Positions 41,881 to 56,322 of a stretch of DNA of 64,000 nt are shown here, piece after piece (positions within the stretch are counted from its first letter, which is position 1; each line of letters begins with the position of its first letter). The position numbers and the translations under genes are program-made. The notes under the pieces were generated by a model, which was given only the letters and a program-made list of their open reading frames with translations, ran no database searches and was not told the DNA's origin. Source of the stretch: Camelus dromedarius (lineage: Eukaryota). The DNA lies in contig NC_087472.1 of the NCBI RefSeq assembly GCF_036321535.1, positions 99,636,001 through 99,700,000 on the forward strand, in the 5' to 3' direction.

Positions 41881-43815
41881 CACCTCCTGTTATGACAAAA
41901 TAGGTATTGATGACCATGAGCATGATAATGATTTTCTGGAAAGGAAATGATTTGAAGGTGTGACTCTTACAGGCGCCCACAAGGGGGCAGCCTAAAATCA
42001 TGCATGTCCCTAGAACAGTCTTCTGTTGGTAAAGCCTCAAGGTAACAAAGCCAGTTTCAAATGTGTTTGGCCCTTTACTCTCAGTTTTTCTTTCTGTCTT
42101 CTGTTTGAAGAACACTTTCCATGGTTATCAGGCTGCACGTTAGATCTGGAGGGTGGCAGGCAGTACAGAATGCAGTGCAGGCCCTGCTTGGGCAGATGAG
42201 TTGATGTGGGTGCTGATGCCAGCATCTGCCCAGGGGTCCTAGGCTTCTCTTTGTAGCTTTCACCACAGAACAAATCCTTATTAATCAAACTCTTGAGGGG
42301 GAGACTAGAGCCTGAAAATGTTTAGAGAATCATGAAAGAGAAACCTGGTCTTATCTCCCTGCTCCCCTTCTACTGACTACATGCCTACCTTTGAGTTTTG
42401 TGTGTGCACCTCGACGCCTGTGGGTGTGGGACTGTGGCCCCAACTGGGCAGCCTGGAGATGTGGAAGCCACCCTTGGCTCGGGGCCTCTCTGTCCCCCCA
42501 GAGAGACTGACTCAGAGTACTTTCCAGCCAGACAGAATGAAATTAAGGTTCTGCCAGCCGTGTGGGGCCACAGAGCACCATGGGTCTGGGAAACTGAGGT
42601 CTTGAAGGTGGGTGGGGTTTAACAGGTGCAGGGAGCGTGGGCGAAAGAGGCATTGCTGAGGTCAAGTTGGGAAAAAAGTTTGAGGTCAGATTGTGGGGGG
42701 CCAGCAGTGATGAGCTGAGAAGTTGGGCCTTTAAATTCTTGATGCTGTTCCTGTCATTGGTAGCATCATAATGATTAAGAGTTGACTGAAAACAAACACG
42801 GGGAATGGCACCTGTACTCGGGGTTGATTTTCTAGGACTTCTCTCTCTTGAGCTTTAATATCCCTGCTGCATAATCCAGGCTGCAGATTAGATGTTGGTG
42901 CTGAATCGTGATCATCCAGTGTTTATGAGGTCCATCCTCATCTGCATTCCTGTGGCCTGCACTGCAGTCTAAGCCTTGGGTCCCTCTCGTGGACAGCGGC
43001 TAGAACATCCCTGAAGGGGGCGCAGGTCACTGTGGCAGCGAGGCACACTGTGAAGTCAGCGTGTGACGCTACCAGAGAGGGGGGCCCAGGTGCTGGGAAG
43101 GTGAATCCGACACTCAAGCTGATTTCTCCAGAATGGGGTGGTTGAATATTAGATAAATAATACTCATGAATGACCAGCTGTGACCAAGTGCAATAAGTTA
43201 TTTTTAAGATGACCATGAAACTCATTTAATCTTTAATTCAGAAAGCCCTTTCGGGTCCTGTAGAAGATGGGTGGAGATCCGTAGCTCCTGGGATGTTTCC
43301 CAGACATCGTGGGGGGGAACTGCAGTTTGTTCCATCTTATTTGTTGTAGATATTTAAATAACAGGTAAACAGGAGTACATTATATTCCTTCTTTGTGATT
43401 CTAAAATGCTAAGATTGACATCAGAACAAACTTAGCAGACCTGAAATCAGACTAGATAGTTGTGTTTTCTCAGTGCTCACCCAAGGAGCTCACACATGTT
43501 CCTCAGCCATTGGCTCCTTCCAGAAAGTCGAATGTTCACTGTCTGTGTAATAATTGTGTATACTTTCGTGCTTCCCCGTTTCCCTGGGGGCCAGACTCAG
43601 GGAGCCCCAGTGGGCTTTTCTGCACATGACCACGCCTCTCTGTCACATACTGTGCTTTCTGAGCCCTCCAGGGCCAGGCCTAGTGCAGGGGCCCTGGGAC
43701 CACTGCAGCACAGCTTGATGGGTGAGTGTGGAAGTCGTGGCTTCCACCCCTGCGCTCTCGGGGCTGGGCCATGTGTGTGGGGGTGGGAAGTGATGGGTCT
43801 AGTCTGCGTGGATGA

Positions 43816-44031
<216 letters not shown>

Positions 44032-45096
44032 TAGGTCCAAGGCAGTGGAGATACGGCAGTGTCCTTTCTCAAGAGCCTTAGAAATTGTGATTGACTGGAA
44101 AGAGAATTAGGGCAGTGCTGGATGAGCGTGGTGAATTGGGGGCAAACCCGCTGGCCCGCTCACAGTTGTTATGTAATTCTCAGAACAGTTAATTTGCTCA
44201 CTGAGCAAGCATTGAACCCTGCAGTGTGGTGGGCGGCGTGCTGGGGGCAGGGGGCGGGACGGTGAAGAACAGGACGGTGGCCACCCTGCCCCTTAGGCGC
44301 AGCCTCTCTCCAGGGCGGTGGTGGTAAGGGCTGTCCTCTGGAGAACTGGGAACAGCACACCCTCGACATCTGTGTTAGGATGGGGAACCTGGTTGAGAAA
44401 GGCTGCCTCTCTTGTGGGCTATGGACAGAGAAGTCCGGCTGATTCCCCAGGGGCGCCCTGCGGTGGGTGGAGTGGGTGCCCCCAGCAGGGGACAGATGAG
44501 GAGCTTTCAGATTCTTCTACACCATCGCCTCCTGCTACTCACGGCCAGCTCAGGCATCGTCCTCCAGGGACTGCTTGGCTGACTCGCCGGGTGGAATTGC
44601 AGGCCCCTTAGTCACTGTCTTGGGGAAGGGAATTCCTCTTCACCCTCTCCTGTGTACCCCTCACCTGGCTCGGCGTCCAGTGCGCAGCACCTGATGATGA
44701 ACAGTGACTGTGTTCTGAGCAAATGACCCTGACGACTGCTTTCTCACTCGGTGTGTGGCCCAGTCAGGGCATCTGTCTGCCCTGGTAGCGATGGCACTCA
44801 GAGCTCCCGCATTTGGGGGCAGTGGCTGTGCACCTTCTGTGCAGTCTCATTCGATCTTCATGACACTGTGATGTCGCACGTGTGACCTCCCCACTTCAAA
44901 GAGGAAGAAACTGAGGCAGAGAGAGTACATGGTTAGCGTGCCCAGGGTCACCCAGCTAGTGGCCGAGGCGCCAGAACCCTTCATGTCCATCCCTGCCGCC
45001 CGTCGCCCCACTGGGCTCTTTGTTTTGGCCTCATTCTCACTTCTGTGCTTTTGGTCTTAAACCCAACGGCGTGGGCATGGGCTGCTCTGGTGATAA

Positions 45097-45372
<276 letters not shown>

Positions 45373-48300
45373 TAATTTGCTGTGTGACTTTGGACCAGCC
45401 TGCTGGCCTCTCTGGACCTTGATTTGCTTGTCTGTGGTGAAGGGGTTGTACTTGGCAGTCTCCAAGGCTCCCTCCAGGCCTAACCTTCTCTAAGACTTGG
45501 AGGGGATTGTGGATGGGAGCGGGGTAACATAGACCCAGGATGACATGGGGAGTCTGTGCTTCCCGGGCAGACGCCGAGGCTAGAGGAAGGGCTGTGAGGG
45601 TAGAGGGTGACATGACCTTGTAATTCACTGCTGGAAAATCAGACCATCTGCCTTCAAACACAAACAGGCGAATCTCTTTATAGCTTAATGCAGTTGCTTG
45701 CTTTAATCCTATCTTTCCAGTTATCTTTTAAAAAAGAACTGGAATCTAATTACCCCAACAGAGTGCTTTATTACTAAACTTTGAAAATATATTTAGAAAG
45801 CATATTTGGGGTATAGATTTTCTTAACAAGTATATTTTAAGGATGTAATCATAGCCTTGTGTCAGGTGATGCTCATTTTTTATTCATGAGGTACAGTGAC
45901 TCATCACTGAGTGTGAACAATATAGAGGTTTGGTAATCACCAGCGCTGTAGGATACAGGGATATTGGTATAAATTCAGTATTTTTTTAAAATCTCTCAAT
46001 TGTTTATCACTATGTATCTTTACCCTTTCCTCTTTTTTTACTTAAAAAAACCACAAACATGCATGCACGCACATACACACAGACCCATCTTTGCCCACAA
46101 AGTAGTGGTTTAAATGGCGATGTCTTTGTCCCTCTTAGCAAATGGGGCCCTGAGCAAGGGTCTCAGCCACAGTTTGCTGTCGGTGGCACAGCCGGATCGC
46201 TGTGTGGCTTGGTCGGTTCCTGGTGTGCGTCCCGGCTCTAGCACTAAACAGCTGACAGCCAGGGCCACGTCACAGAGCCCCTCTAACTCAGCCTCCTCGG
46301 CCCAAAAGAGAGGCGGTCACAGGAATTGAAGGAGGTGACTTCTGTGACAGAACCATCGGAGCACCTAGCACAGAGTAGTCACTCAGAATGTTCACTTCCA
46401 TTCCGCGACTCCAGCTGGTCTTGGCTGAAGTAAGGCCAAGAGAGAGCTACTCAGAAGAGATCATGGCACAGAGTCTAGAGACAGAGAAAAGCCCCAGTGC
46501 GACGGGCTGTTTCCGTGACCCAGAGCTGAGCTCTCCTTTCTCAGCCGGTGTGTATTTGTCATGAGTCTCTGGACTAACCCGTTTCTTCCCACCCTGACTC
46601 ACAGCTCGTTTGCTTCATCCCTGCTCTCTCCATTTCCACTCCTGACATCCTGCGGGATGACTCATGCCAGAGGGTGCGTGTCGCTGCTGTTTCCGGGAAG
46701 GGCCACCATGAAGTCACGAGAGACACTTCCTGAGCCTCTGCCACCCGTGACAGTGTCGCAGGGTCCACCTTTGAAGCGCTCCCTGTCTCTCATTTTTCCT
46801 TATTGAACAGTTGTGCCGGAGGCATTTTTTGTCAAGCTGTCAGACTCCCCTCTCTTGCAGATGGGTGAATTTTATGCCAGATTCTGTGTCCTAATGCAGC
46901 TGAATCTTGAGTGGTTGCACTTGGGATAATTTATTTGCTTTGTGTGCGAGGAGTGAGGGGTGCTGCCTGACCCCGGGCAGCACTGTAGAAGCCGAGCTTG
47001 CTTCCCGTTCTCCCCGGACACAGCAGGGCAGGGCTGGGAGCTGGGCCTCGCTTAGGTGTAGAGCAAGCCAAGGAAGCAGTGGCCTCCCTCTGCCACTGCG
47101 CCCACCCTCAGAGCTCCGGGAGGCACGGGTGGAGCTTAGGGACTCTCCACAGGCAGGCCGGCCTGTCACCCACATCGTCATCAGCACTCTGCTGGTGCAG
47201 GGGTCCCGTTGGCATTCTCGTGGGTGGTCTTTGTAGAGGATGGATAGGCCCCTGCTGCGGGAGCCCTTTCCAAAGGAAACCCTTTGTGCTTGCCCCCATG
47301 GTTCACTGGATAGCTTTGGGAGGGCTGCTGCCTGCATGGCGCGTGGCTGTGGAGACGCTCCCTTCTCTTCTCAGTGCCAGATTTGAGTTCTTTGTGTCAG
47401 GGTCTGTCTCTGTCAAGGAGGGAGAAGCCTCCACAGGAAGATGATTGATTCCATTTTGCTTCTGTAGCTTATTGGAAAGTGTTTACATTGCCCACCAACT
47501 CCTACGTCTCTGGGCCTGATATTAGGAGCTCATGAAAGGCCTGTCGACTCCCCACCTCCCCCTGCCCTGCCCTGGCTCCATGTCCCTAGGGTTGTTGCCA
47601 TGATCTTGTTCTTGGTAGCTCCTCTCACCAACACAGAAGTGGGCACCATAGCCAGCTTGGCCCCCAAAGGTCTTGAGGGCTGGGGAGCTGGAAGCTAGCA
47701 GGCCTGTCCTAGGGAAGGGGAGTCCAATGTCCACTCAGCACCCTGACCTTGAGCTCGTTCTCTCGCTGGAGGTTGCCTTCTCCTCACGGTGGGTTCTTCC
47801 AACCCTTACATGCCACACAGCTCCCAGGAATTGAGCTTCTGGAACAAGTTCTTGTCACCTACCTTGGTTAAGGCTGAGAGCACGATGTGCTCACCTTCTC
47901 CACTCAGAGGTCTATAGCTTCATGACTAGGGGCCCTGGAAAATGGGATTTGGCAAAGCCCACTCCATCTTCCTCATGCTAAACAGATAACCAGGAAAGGC
48001 CTCTTTCAAAAAGTAGCTTCATAGCTATAAGTTACTGTGACGCATCACAACTTCTCACGGTCTTATTGTTTGATGCCTAACAAAACTTACCAGACTGAGC
48101 ATAAAAACAAGACATTTCTGAACTCAACTCAACAAAAACTTCACTGAGCTGCGAGCTGTCTGCTCTCAGCATTGGCTGGCATGGGGCCATGGTGACCACA
48201 TGGCCTTCTGGCCAGATGTGGACGTCTGTCTGCAGAGTCCTGCTTAGGACCAGTTGGGGGCTTGTCCCCACACTGTCATCCCCAGAACACATGTGGAAAG

Positions 48301-48691
48301 GGCAGCAGAGAAGTCATAGCCAGCCCTCAACCCTTGCCAGAGACAGCTGGCTGGGTCACAGTACCCTGCTTGGAGGCCTTTTGTACTGATCGGTCAGCTC
48401 AGTGGGTCACCTTGATTGTGGTTCCCTTCTGAGTTCCTCCAGGCAGATCTAAGGCCAGGGCTCAAGGGGTCGGGGTGAGCTGCCCTCCTTCCTTTCTTCC
48501 ACTAAGCCCCACCCAGTAGAGGACATTCTCAGAACAAGAATCTACGTTGCCCTTTCCCCATCCTCTGTTGATCATCAGATGATACTCAGGAGAACCAGAA
48601 CTTAGCAGGAGTGCTAATATTATTAATACCGTTCTTCTGACGTGGTTGAGCTTTCTCGTGCACGTTCTCTCGTGCTCCACCTTTCCTCTAA

Positions 48692-48885
48692 CCGGTGGTT
48701 CTCAGCATGGTCCCAGGACCAGCAGCACCAGCATCGCCTGGGCACTTCTCAGAAATGCATATTCTCAGCAAGTTCATCTCAGATCTGCTGAATCAGAAAC
48801 TCTGGGTGTGGAGCTCAGCAATTGGTATTTTAACAAGCCCTTCGGGGGATTCTGATGCAAGCTCACTCAGGTTTGAGAACCACTG
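48692..48885. mobile_element. MER5A
   Basis: gtggttctcagc...gaccagcagcaccagcatc...ctgaatcagaaactctggg...tttgagaaccactg. Confidence 0.9.
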
Positions 48886-49172
48886 CTTTAAACTGCCATG
48901 TTAACAGTCCTCTTCAACTTTGGATTCAGTTAGCATTGTTTTAGGACTTAACTACGCTAGTTATTATCTTGCAGACTTGAATGATCTGTAATATAGGTAA
49001 TATCTTTTCCAGTTTATAGACAAGGAAACTAATGCCCAAGGATGTTCAACAATTAACTCAAGGTCAAGGGGCTAAAAAGTGGCAGGCAGAAGTGAGATTT
49101 GAATCCACGTCTCCTGACTAAATATAGGATTCTTTACATTCCATCGCATAAAGGAACAGAAAAATACACACA

Positions 49173-49220
49173 CATGCTCGGTAATACTGACCTATACATG
49201 CTCGGTAATACTGACCTATA
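49173..49220. repeat. Perfect 24-bp tandem duplication
   Basis: CATGCTCGGTAATACTGACCTATA x2. Confidence 0.95.
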
Positions 49221-51222
49221 TGCAACTAACCTCTAATAAGGGTGAAGTGAACCAGTTTTGGTTTTGATGTGTTGAATCACCCCATTCAGATGATTTCAGT
49301 CTTTCTAAGTCCCCTTACCATAGAGCTTGGTTACCACCTATTTTTCATCTCTCCAAAAGTGGATGACACAAAGTGATTGTGTCTTCTCTCAAGGATAGCT
49401 TCATTTTCATGAGCCTAATAGTTCAAAGGAATGAATCTCTAATGGTGAAATTTGGAGCAGCTCAGTGGATTGGGGGTAGATGACAGATATTTTTCCTAAG
49501 AGTACCTGAACAGTCCAGGGGGTAGGTTTGGCTTTAGGTGAACATTCCCTTATAATTAAGCCCCTAGATAGCTGTTCAGTGATAAGGTTGGCCGACAAGT
49601 CTTGGTGTTCTTTGTTCTCATTAGGCTTCTAGTAGATGAGGGACTGTCCTGTGAGATCCTTTTGGCATGTAGGCAATCTCCCATACACTCAATACTAAAT
49701 TCACTCTGAGGTGAAAGATTTCAACACTTAAATTAAATTGTTGGTTAAATACTTGATGTTAAATCCATATAATGAAATATTATTTGGCCCCAAGCTGGAG
49801 TGACCATACTTCAATCCTCAAATAGTCAAGAAGTTCTAGTTCCTCCAAGCCCTCATCTTTTCTGAGACAAACTAGTGGGTTTGTCTGTGAGAATTTAATG
49901 GGCCAGGATCGTGAGGACAGGACTCTGCCAGGAAATGCACACTCATGTCGTAAAGTCTCAGCCAAAAACTAGAGTGCAGTTAATAGCAAACAGAAGTCTG
50001 AGACTTTCAGGAGGAATGAAATCCCGCTTCTACTCACAGGGCCCTGGACAGGCCATCTTTTAGCAAGGTGCTATTCAGAGGGAAATTATGCAGAGGAGGC
50101 TGAGCTGTGGGCAGAAGGGATAGGTCCAGGCCCCTCCTAAGTGACCTTTCTGTGTTTCTAGTGAGTGAAATAAAGATTTACTCAGTTAGTGCTGCCCTAA
50201 ATTAATTTTGCTTGCTTGTTTATTCAAGCCATGAGACAACAGTACTTTTTTGTTTTGAAGTTAGGCTAAGATTAGGCCAGTTCCTAGAGCACCTCAAGGT
50301 TGGGTTTTCTGAGGGTGAAAATGTGCCAGCGTAACTGGGTACCTGGCGGGCCTCCTCCAGCAGAGGCACGGAGAGGATCGGGTATTTGCGGTGTCACCAA
50401 GGTGGTGCGAGTGCAGCATTAGAGCAGCTTCCCCCCAGGGGCAAGGAAAGATTTGCCAGAAGTCAGGCCCAACTTGATGAAAACAACAGTTTGATTAATA
50501 CAGGGGAGTACTTTTGATAAGTGCTCTGTTAAGAGAGAAGCCTAGTTGTTGTTTTTCTTTTCTGGCTAAAAACTGTTTAGTTCTTCCTCCCGTCCCCTCA
50601 TCTAACTCTGAGAATACATAGCTGCTTAATTTTGTGGTCAGGAGTTTCCCTACTCTTACCTCTTTTACATTTTGAAATATGCAGTATTATCCCCCAAAAT
50701 TCTATGTGGCAGGAAAGTGTTACAACGTAGAAAACAATTAATTCCCCTTTACGAAGTTCTAAGATGAAAATGGGGCTTTGCGAAATAGGCCTCAAGGTAT
50801 CACCCCAAAAAGTTGCGCTTAAGGCTGTAAAAATTTAAATTATATTTTAATTTCAACTTTCTCAAATCAGAGTGTTTTATGCTTTTCAACTAGAGAGGAT
50901 GCAGTTGGTTCTAGAGCACAATTCCAGTTCTACTGGCTGAGACAGGCCTCAAGGAGTTAATGCTTGTCTGGCATTATTCTTAACCAAATCAAGCCTGGCT
51001 GCCGCAGCCTGTCCCTGGGGAGGGAAGAAGTGTCAGGCCGGGAGCCAGCACTAGCCGCATTGTTTACTCTCCACCCACTAAGAAGGCGCTGGTGTGGTGG
51101 AGAGAGCACGTGTGCCTGAGGTTTGGATGCGGAGCAGAGAGCCACGTTTGGTGACTCACTGCAGCCTGGAGGCGCGGCATTGCAGTGGGGCCGCACAGTT
51201 AATCTCGCTCTCCCTCGCGTGA

Positions 51223-51468
<246 letters not shown>

Positions 51469-52177
51469 TAAAGCTGCCAGGCTTCCTGTGTATGCGTTTC
51501 TCTTGAAGAGGATGTGTGCGTTCTTCTTGCTAGCAAACGGCAGTTGATACAATAACTGGGCTTTGAGGTAAAGCAAAAGTAAAGCAAGGAAAATGAGTGC
51601 AGAGCCTGGTTAACCGGATCCGCCTAGCAAGCCCAGAGGTAACCTGATTTCAGGAAGGTCACTGGCAGTAGGCTCAGCCACGGCGTGGTGTGGCCGGGAA
51701 AGGCTGAGCAGCAGCTGCCCCTAGAAGGGGCTGGGGTTCTTCCCTCCTCATTATTAATTTCTGTTGCTCTTTTAATTTTGTTTCAAGGTGACTTATTTAT
51801 TTCATTCTCTGATTCATACTCATCTTTAAATTTTCAAATGTTTAATTTAATGTATGGATTGTTACTAGTCTCTGAGTGGCTTTGCCCTCTGTTTTTAAAA
51901 AAGTGTCTGTCTGCTTTTCTGTGACTTTGCCGTTTTATTACGGAGGAGTCGTATACCAAGCTCTTTCTGAGAGCAAATGGGTTTACCTCTGTGGTACGGT
52001 TTCTTGACTTTGCTGTATTGTGCTTTTAACCTTATGTCAGTGAACCTACTTTTTCTTTTTTGAGAATCAAAAACCCATTTCAGTTAGTTTTTCTAATTTC
52101 CTAATAGAAACTAGAGTCAGCCAGAAATTGGGACTTTTTTCTTTTACCTCTCTTTGCTCTGATTTTTTGCTGTGTAG

Positions 52178-52276
52178 GTGAATCAGGAAATACCCCACCC
52201 CCTCCTCTAGGTTTAGCAGCCAGCGCCCTGCCTCCGGACCCAGGGACCACTGCTGCCACTGCTGAGTCCACCAACG
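52178..52276 (+). CDS. MAP7D2: MAP7D2 cassette exon 4a (GESGNTPPPPLGLAASALPPDPGTTAATAESTN)
   Basis: Long polypyrimidine tract plus tgtgtAG; weak donor ACG|GTATAT; 99 nt, phase 1-1, no stop; resembles a recalled rodent Map7d2 insert. Not in the ORF track. Confidence 0.85.
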
Positions 52277-53157
52277 GTATATCTGAGCATCACTGTGCCA
52301 TGGCGTTTTGTGATGACTGTCCCAGTCACCCTCCTCCATCACCGTGTCTGTCTCAAGCACTTTTATAATTGATTTCTTAGTCTGACCCCGTAGACCTTTT
52401 TTTCTAGCGCTGTGAATAACATGCCCATATTTCTTTGTTCGTCATCGTGGAGCTGTGCATGCCTCACATCCTAGTATCCGGGAGACATTTCATCCTTAGC
52501 TCACTAACTTCTGCCTTGAAAATCTTGTCATTGTTTGACGTCTTTGCATTTAGATCTTTAACATTCTCATTAATCATTGGTTTGGGGCATTAAATAGCCT
52601 AGTGTTTCAATCACTTTTGGTTATCAAAATGTATAATTACACAGAGTTCTGGATAGTAATGTGATGGATTCTTGGAGAGGTATTTGAGAGGGAGCGGTAG
52701 GGAGTTTATTAGAACTAAGACTGCGAATCCCAACAAGGAGATGACATTGGCGTTGTTCTTGATTTCATCTTTGTAATAGGCTCTCTCTGTTTTGTATACA
52801 GGCCTGGGAAATTCTTAGGGTCTCGATCAAGGACAGAACTAGCAAAACCTTGATCCCATTTAATAATGACTTTAGAAATTCAACCCATCTTTGGTTGACA
52901 AAGAAAAAACAAGATGTAAAAGAGATAGAATATTTGCCAGCAACGCAGAAGGTCGGTCAAATTATAGCAGTAGGAATAAATATCCTTGGTTTCCGGCATT
53001 TCTTTGATAAAAAAAAATGATCTTTATTGGTGTTGCTGTGTAGCAGAGACTGCTGTGTGGGCTGCGTCAAGCGTGGTGTGGGCATTGGCCTTCCCCCAGC
53101 AGGTAGAGTTGATTATTACCCCCTTGGGAATCACACCCAGGGACCCGGGCCCTGGGC

Positions 53158-53715
53158 CAGGGCCAGGTGAGTGTGGTACTCAACTTGAGCAGTCAATTTA
53201 AGGGAGAGCCAAAAATCTCAGTAATCAAGATAAAATAGTATTTGAATCAAAAATTAATGCAGAACAATCCATGATGAACGAGATACTGACTTTCCAAAGA
53301 CCAGTGCCGTGCTGAGACAGATGGGAGCCTGAGGCGAAAGGAGGAGTGTGTGCCCCTAGAGACATGTGTTTATGTAATTTCTAACGGTTAATTTCTTCCC
53401 AGACCATTAAAGTTCTTGAGAAAAATAGGGAAACACTGAAAAGTAGGTATATTAAAACTTACACCATTTTAAGTTTAAATATTTTATTTATACCCAAATA
53501 GGCTGAAGTAAAATTCTAATACATTCTAAATTAATTAAAAATTATGCAAGATCATCACTTGGTCAGGAGAAATTGTCAAGTATGGCAGTTCTCTCATTTG
53601 AAAACAAGATGAGGAGAGGAGTAGATTTTGAAAATCTAATTGATGAGTTTGCTTCCTATAAAGCCAGGGACACATGTCTTTCCTTTTGCCTCAAGCTCCG
53701 ATACTGTCAGCACCT
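53158..53715 (+). mobile_element. hAT-Tip100 (Zaphod/MER96-like) fossil with transposase C-terminal remnant
   Basis: Inverted ends ggagcctgaggcgaaagga / tccttttgcctcaagctcc; 53528-53668 translates as KLIKNYARSSLGQEKLSSMAVLSFENKMRRGVDFENLIDEFASYKAR. Confidence 0.75.
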
Positions 53716-54363
53716 CTCTGTTTGCTGTCATGGTTTAATTTAGAAACCCATCTAAAATAACGGCTGGAAATTAAGAGCACCAAACCCAGGACCACATGTT
53801 AAAATCCTAACCATAAACAGTCCTAGCCTTTGAGAAAGGGCCATTGTGACCCCATCTCTTGATAAGAGGAAGAAACCAACTGCTCAAGGTTGTTCTGCTT
53901 TAAATACAGCCCCCTCCATTACAAATTACTTCTGTCTCCAACCTGAGCTACGGATGACCTTCAGAAAAAGTCCGGTTTCAGCTTACACAGTCTCAGTCAG
54001 ACCATAGAACATTTTCCAGTGGTGATTTGTCTTTGGGTCCAGGTTGGTTTTGTTTTGATGTGGTCTGAATATACTTAAAAGTCCCTGGACACAAGGAAAT
54101 GATTGGTTGGTGGGATTAGCATGGCTTTAGGTGAATGGTTGAGTAAGGTTGAACATTTGAAACTGAAGAGAAGCACAGAGTCGAGAAACGGGAGAGAAGA
54201 ACTTGCTTCAGGTCGCTGGCTGCCGTGGCCTGGGCACGAGGCTAAGCGAAGAGAGAGCAGCGTGACGGGAGCCGAGTGCTGTGTCACAGTGGTTTCGGAG
54301 GCGTGTGGATGAGGACAGGAAGAACGCTTTGGGAAATGTGTTTCTAGATCTACGATGGTGTGA

Positions 54364-54510
<147 letters not shown>

Positions 54511-56322
54511 TGAACATGTAGACCTGGTCTCTGCAGTTTTCTTCTTTCTAGTGTGAGCATCTTAACGCCAGTCTTTGTTGAGAGCCCCTCTTGAGCCTTC
54601 TGCAAACACCCCATTATCCTAGTCTTGTGGTCTGAGTGGGGGCCCCCAGGCCTCACTAATGGGACCTTGGAAAGTGACTTTGCTCTTTAGAGCCAGGTTG
54701 TTGTTGAATAGGGACAGGGATTAATGAGATTCTCCCAGTCTAAAAGAGACTTCTGTTTTGCACAGTGCATGTAGGAGTTACCCTGGCCTGGAATTAATTG
54801 ACCAGTGGGCAGATATGACTGTTAAAAAAAGTAACTGCCCAGTTATTGATACAATGTAGTCAATTAGCCAGAAACAGCAGGATTGATGAGGCAGAGAAAG
54901 GTGGGAGACTTAGATGTGTGAAAAAATGGGGCTTTGATGTTGTTTGTAGTTTGTAAGCCTGCACATTTCTGTTTTGAAAATAGAAGTTCAGAACTAATAT
55001 GAAACCTTTAAAAGAGGAAAAGGATGGGTGGCCTTTTCTGGCGCTCTGTTTTGAGGTGGGAGATGATGTGTATAGGACGTGTGCCAGTTCCAGAATTGAA
55101 AATCACCCGTGTTCTGATGGAGGCTCAGAGAAGTCACTGAAAGTCTGAATTTATACCTTTGAGTATGTAGGTTAAGGAAGGGAGGGAAGCTCTCCATGCA
55201 TTAAATGCATAGATGCTGAAGCATCACTGAAGTGTCAGGTGCCAGTGGAGTATTTAACATGTCAAGTCAGCAACAAGGGGTGAGCAGGAGGATGTTTGTG
55301 ACTTTGAAGAGGCCAGTGTGCATTCCTGGTTTTTTTTTCCACTGGTGTAGATGTTGCGCCTCTAGCACAGAGGCCTGTCATGTGTGTCAGAGACCCTGTA
55401 AGTGTCAGTGTTGCTGATCTCTGATGCAGTTCATGGGTAAGCGCTGGAAACCTTGAATTAATTAAGAGCTGGTTGAGACAACATCTACATGCTTTTAACT
55501 CTTTATAGCTGTTCCATTTGTGAGTATACTCCATATATGTTCATTAATTCATACAGTTACAGATTGATGTTAAATTCATATTTGCCTTGATTAATATGTA
55601 AAGATGTCAGTATGGTGTTATATATTGTTGGCAACTGAATTATCTGCTTGTGGATTAGAAATTGAAAAATTTCAATTCCCAAGCCACTGAATACAAAGTA
55701 ATGGAAAAGTTAGTCCATTATCATATAATCCATTCCAAAACCATCAGAATGACATTTCAGCCACTGAATTTTAGATTATGAATACTGCTACTTCCATTAA
55801 AGCTGATAATTAGTTGGCTATTTTTATTTTTATATTTCTAATTTAATTTTTGCACTTACTTACATGGAAAAGTATGAAAGGATGCATATTTCTACATTAA
55901 CAAAACTAGTGTGTTATGAAATATTTCTCAACAGAGAACCTAAAGCAAGTGTTTTGTAGGAGTAATCTTTTTTTCAGTATTAGATCTACTTGGTGAGTAA
56001 ATGGTTTCTTGAGTTCATATTACATCTTGGGAGATGGGCTAATTCTCCTCGGGTGATACAGGTAGTCCTGTCACAGCATAGTGACTGAATTCTGGCACCC
56101 TAAGAGAAGTAACGCACTCTCCCAAGCTCTAAGTGACACATTGTTTGTTTTCTTTTACTATGACAAGCTCTAAAGCCATCCTTTGCTACAATATTTTTAT
56201 TTTCCACATACGTTCTGCCACCCAAAAGTTGATTTGCTTCCTGCACTGTGTTGTTTTAAACATTTTATTTTGTTTTGTTTTAAGTTTGCTTTTTAAAATT
56301 TTCATTTGATTCCGTCCCTCAG

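Noticed and set aside
51534..51567. Possible 34-nt exon (ctAG...GAG|GTAAAG)
   Set aside because: Frameshifting, with no homology support.
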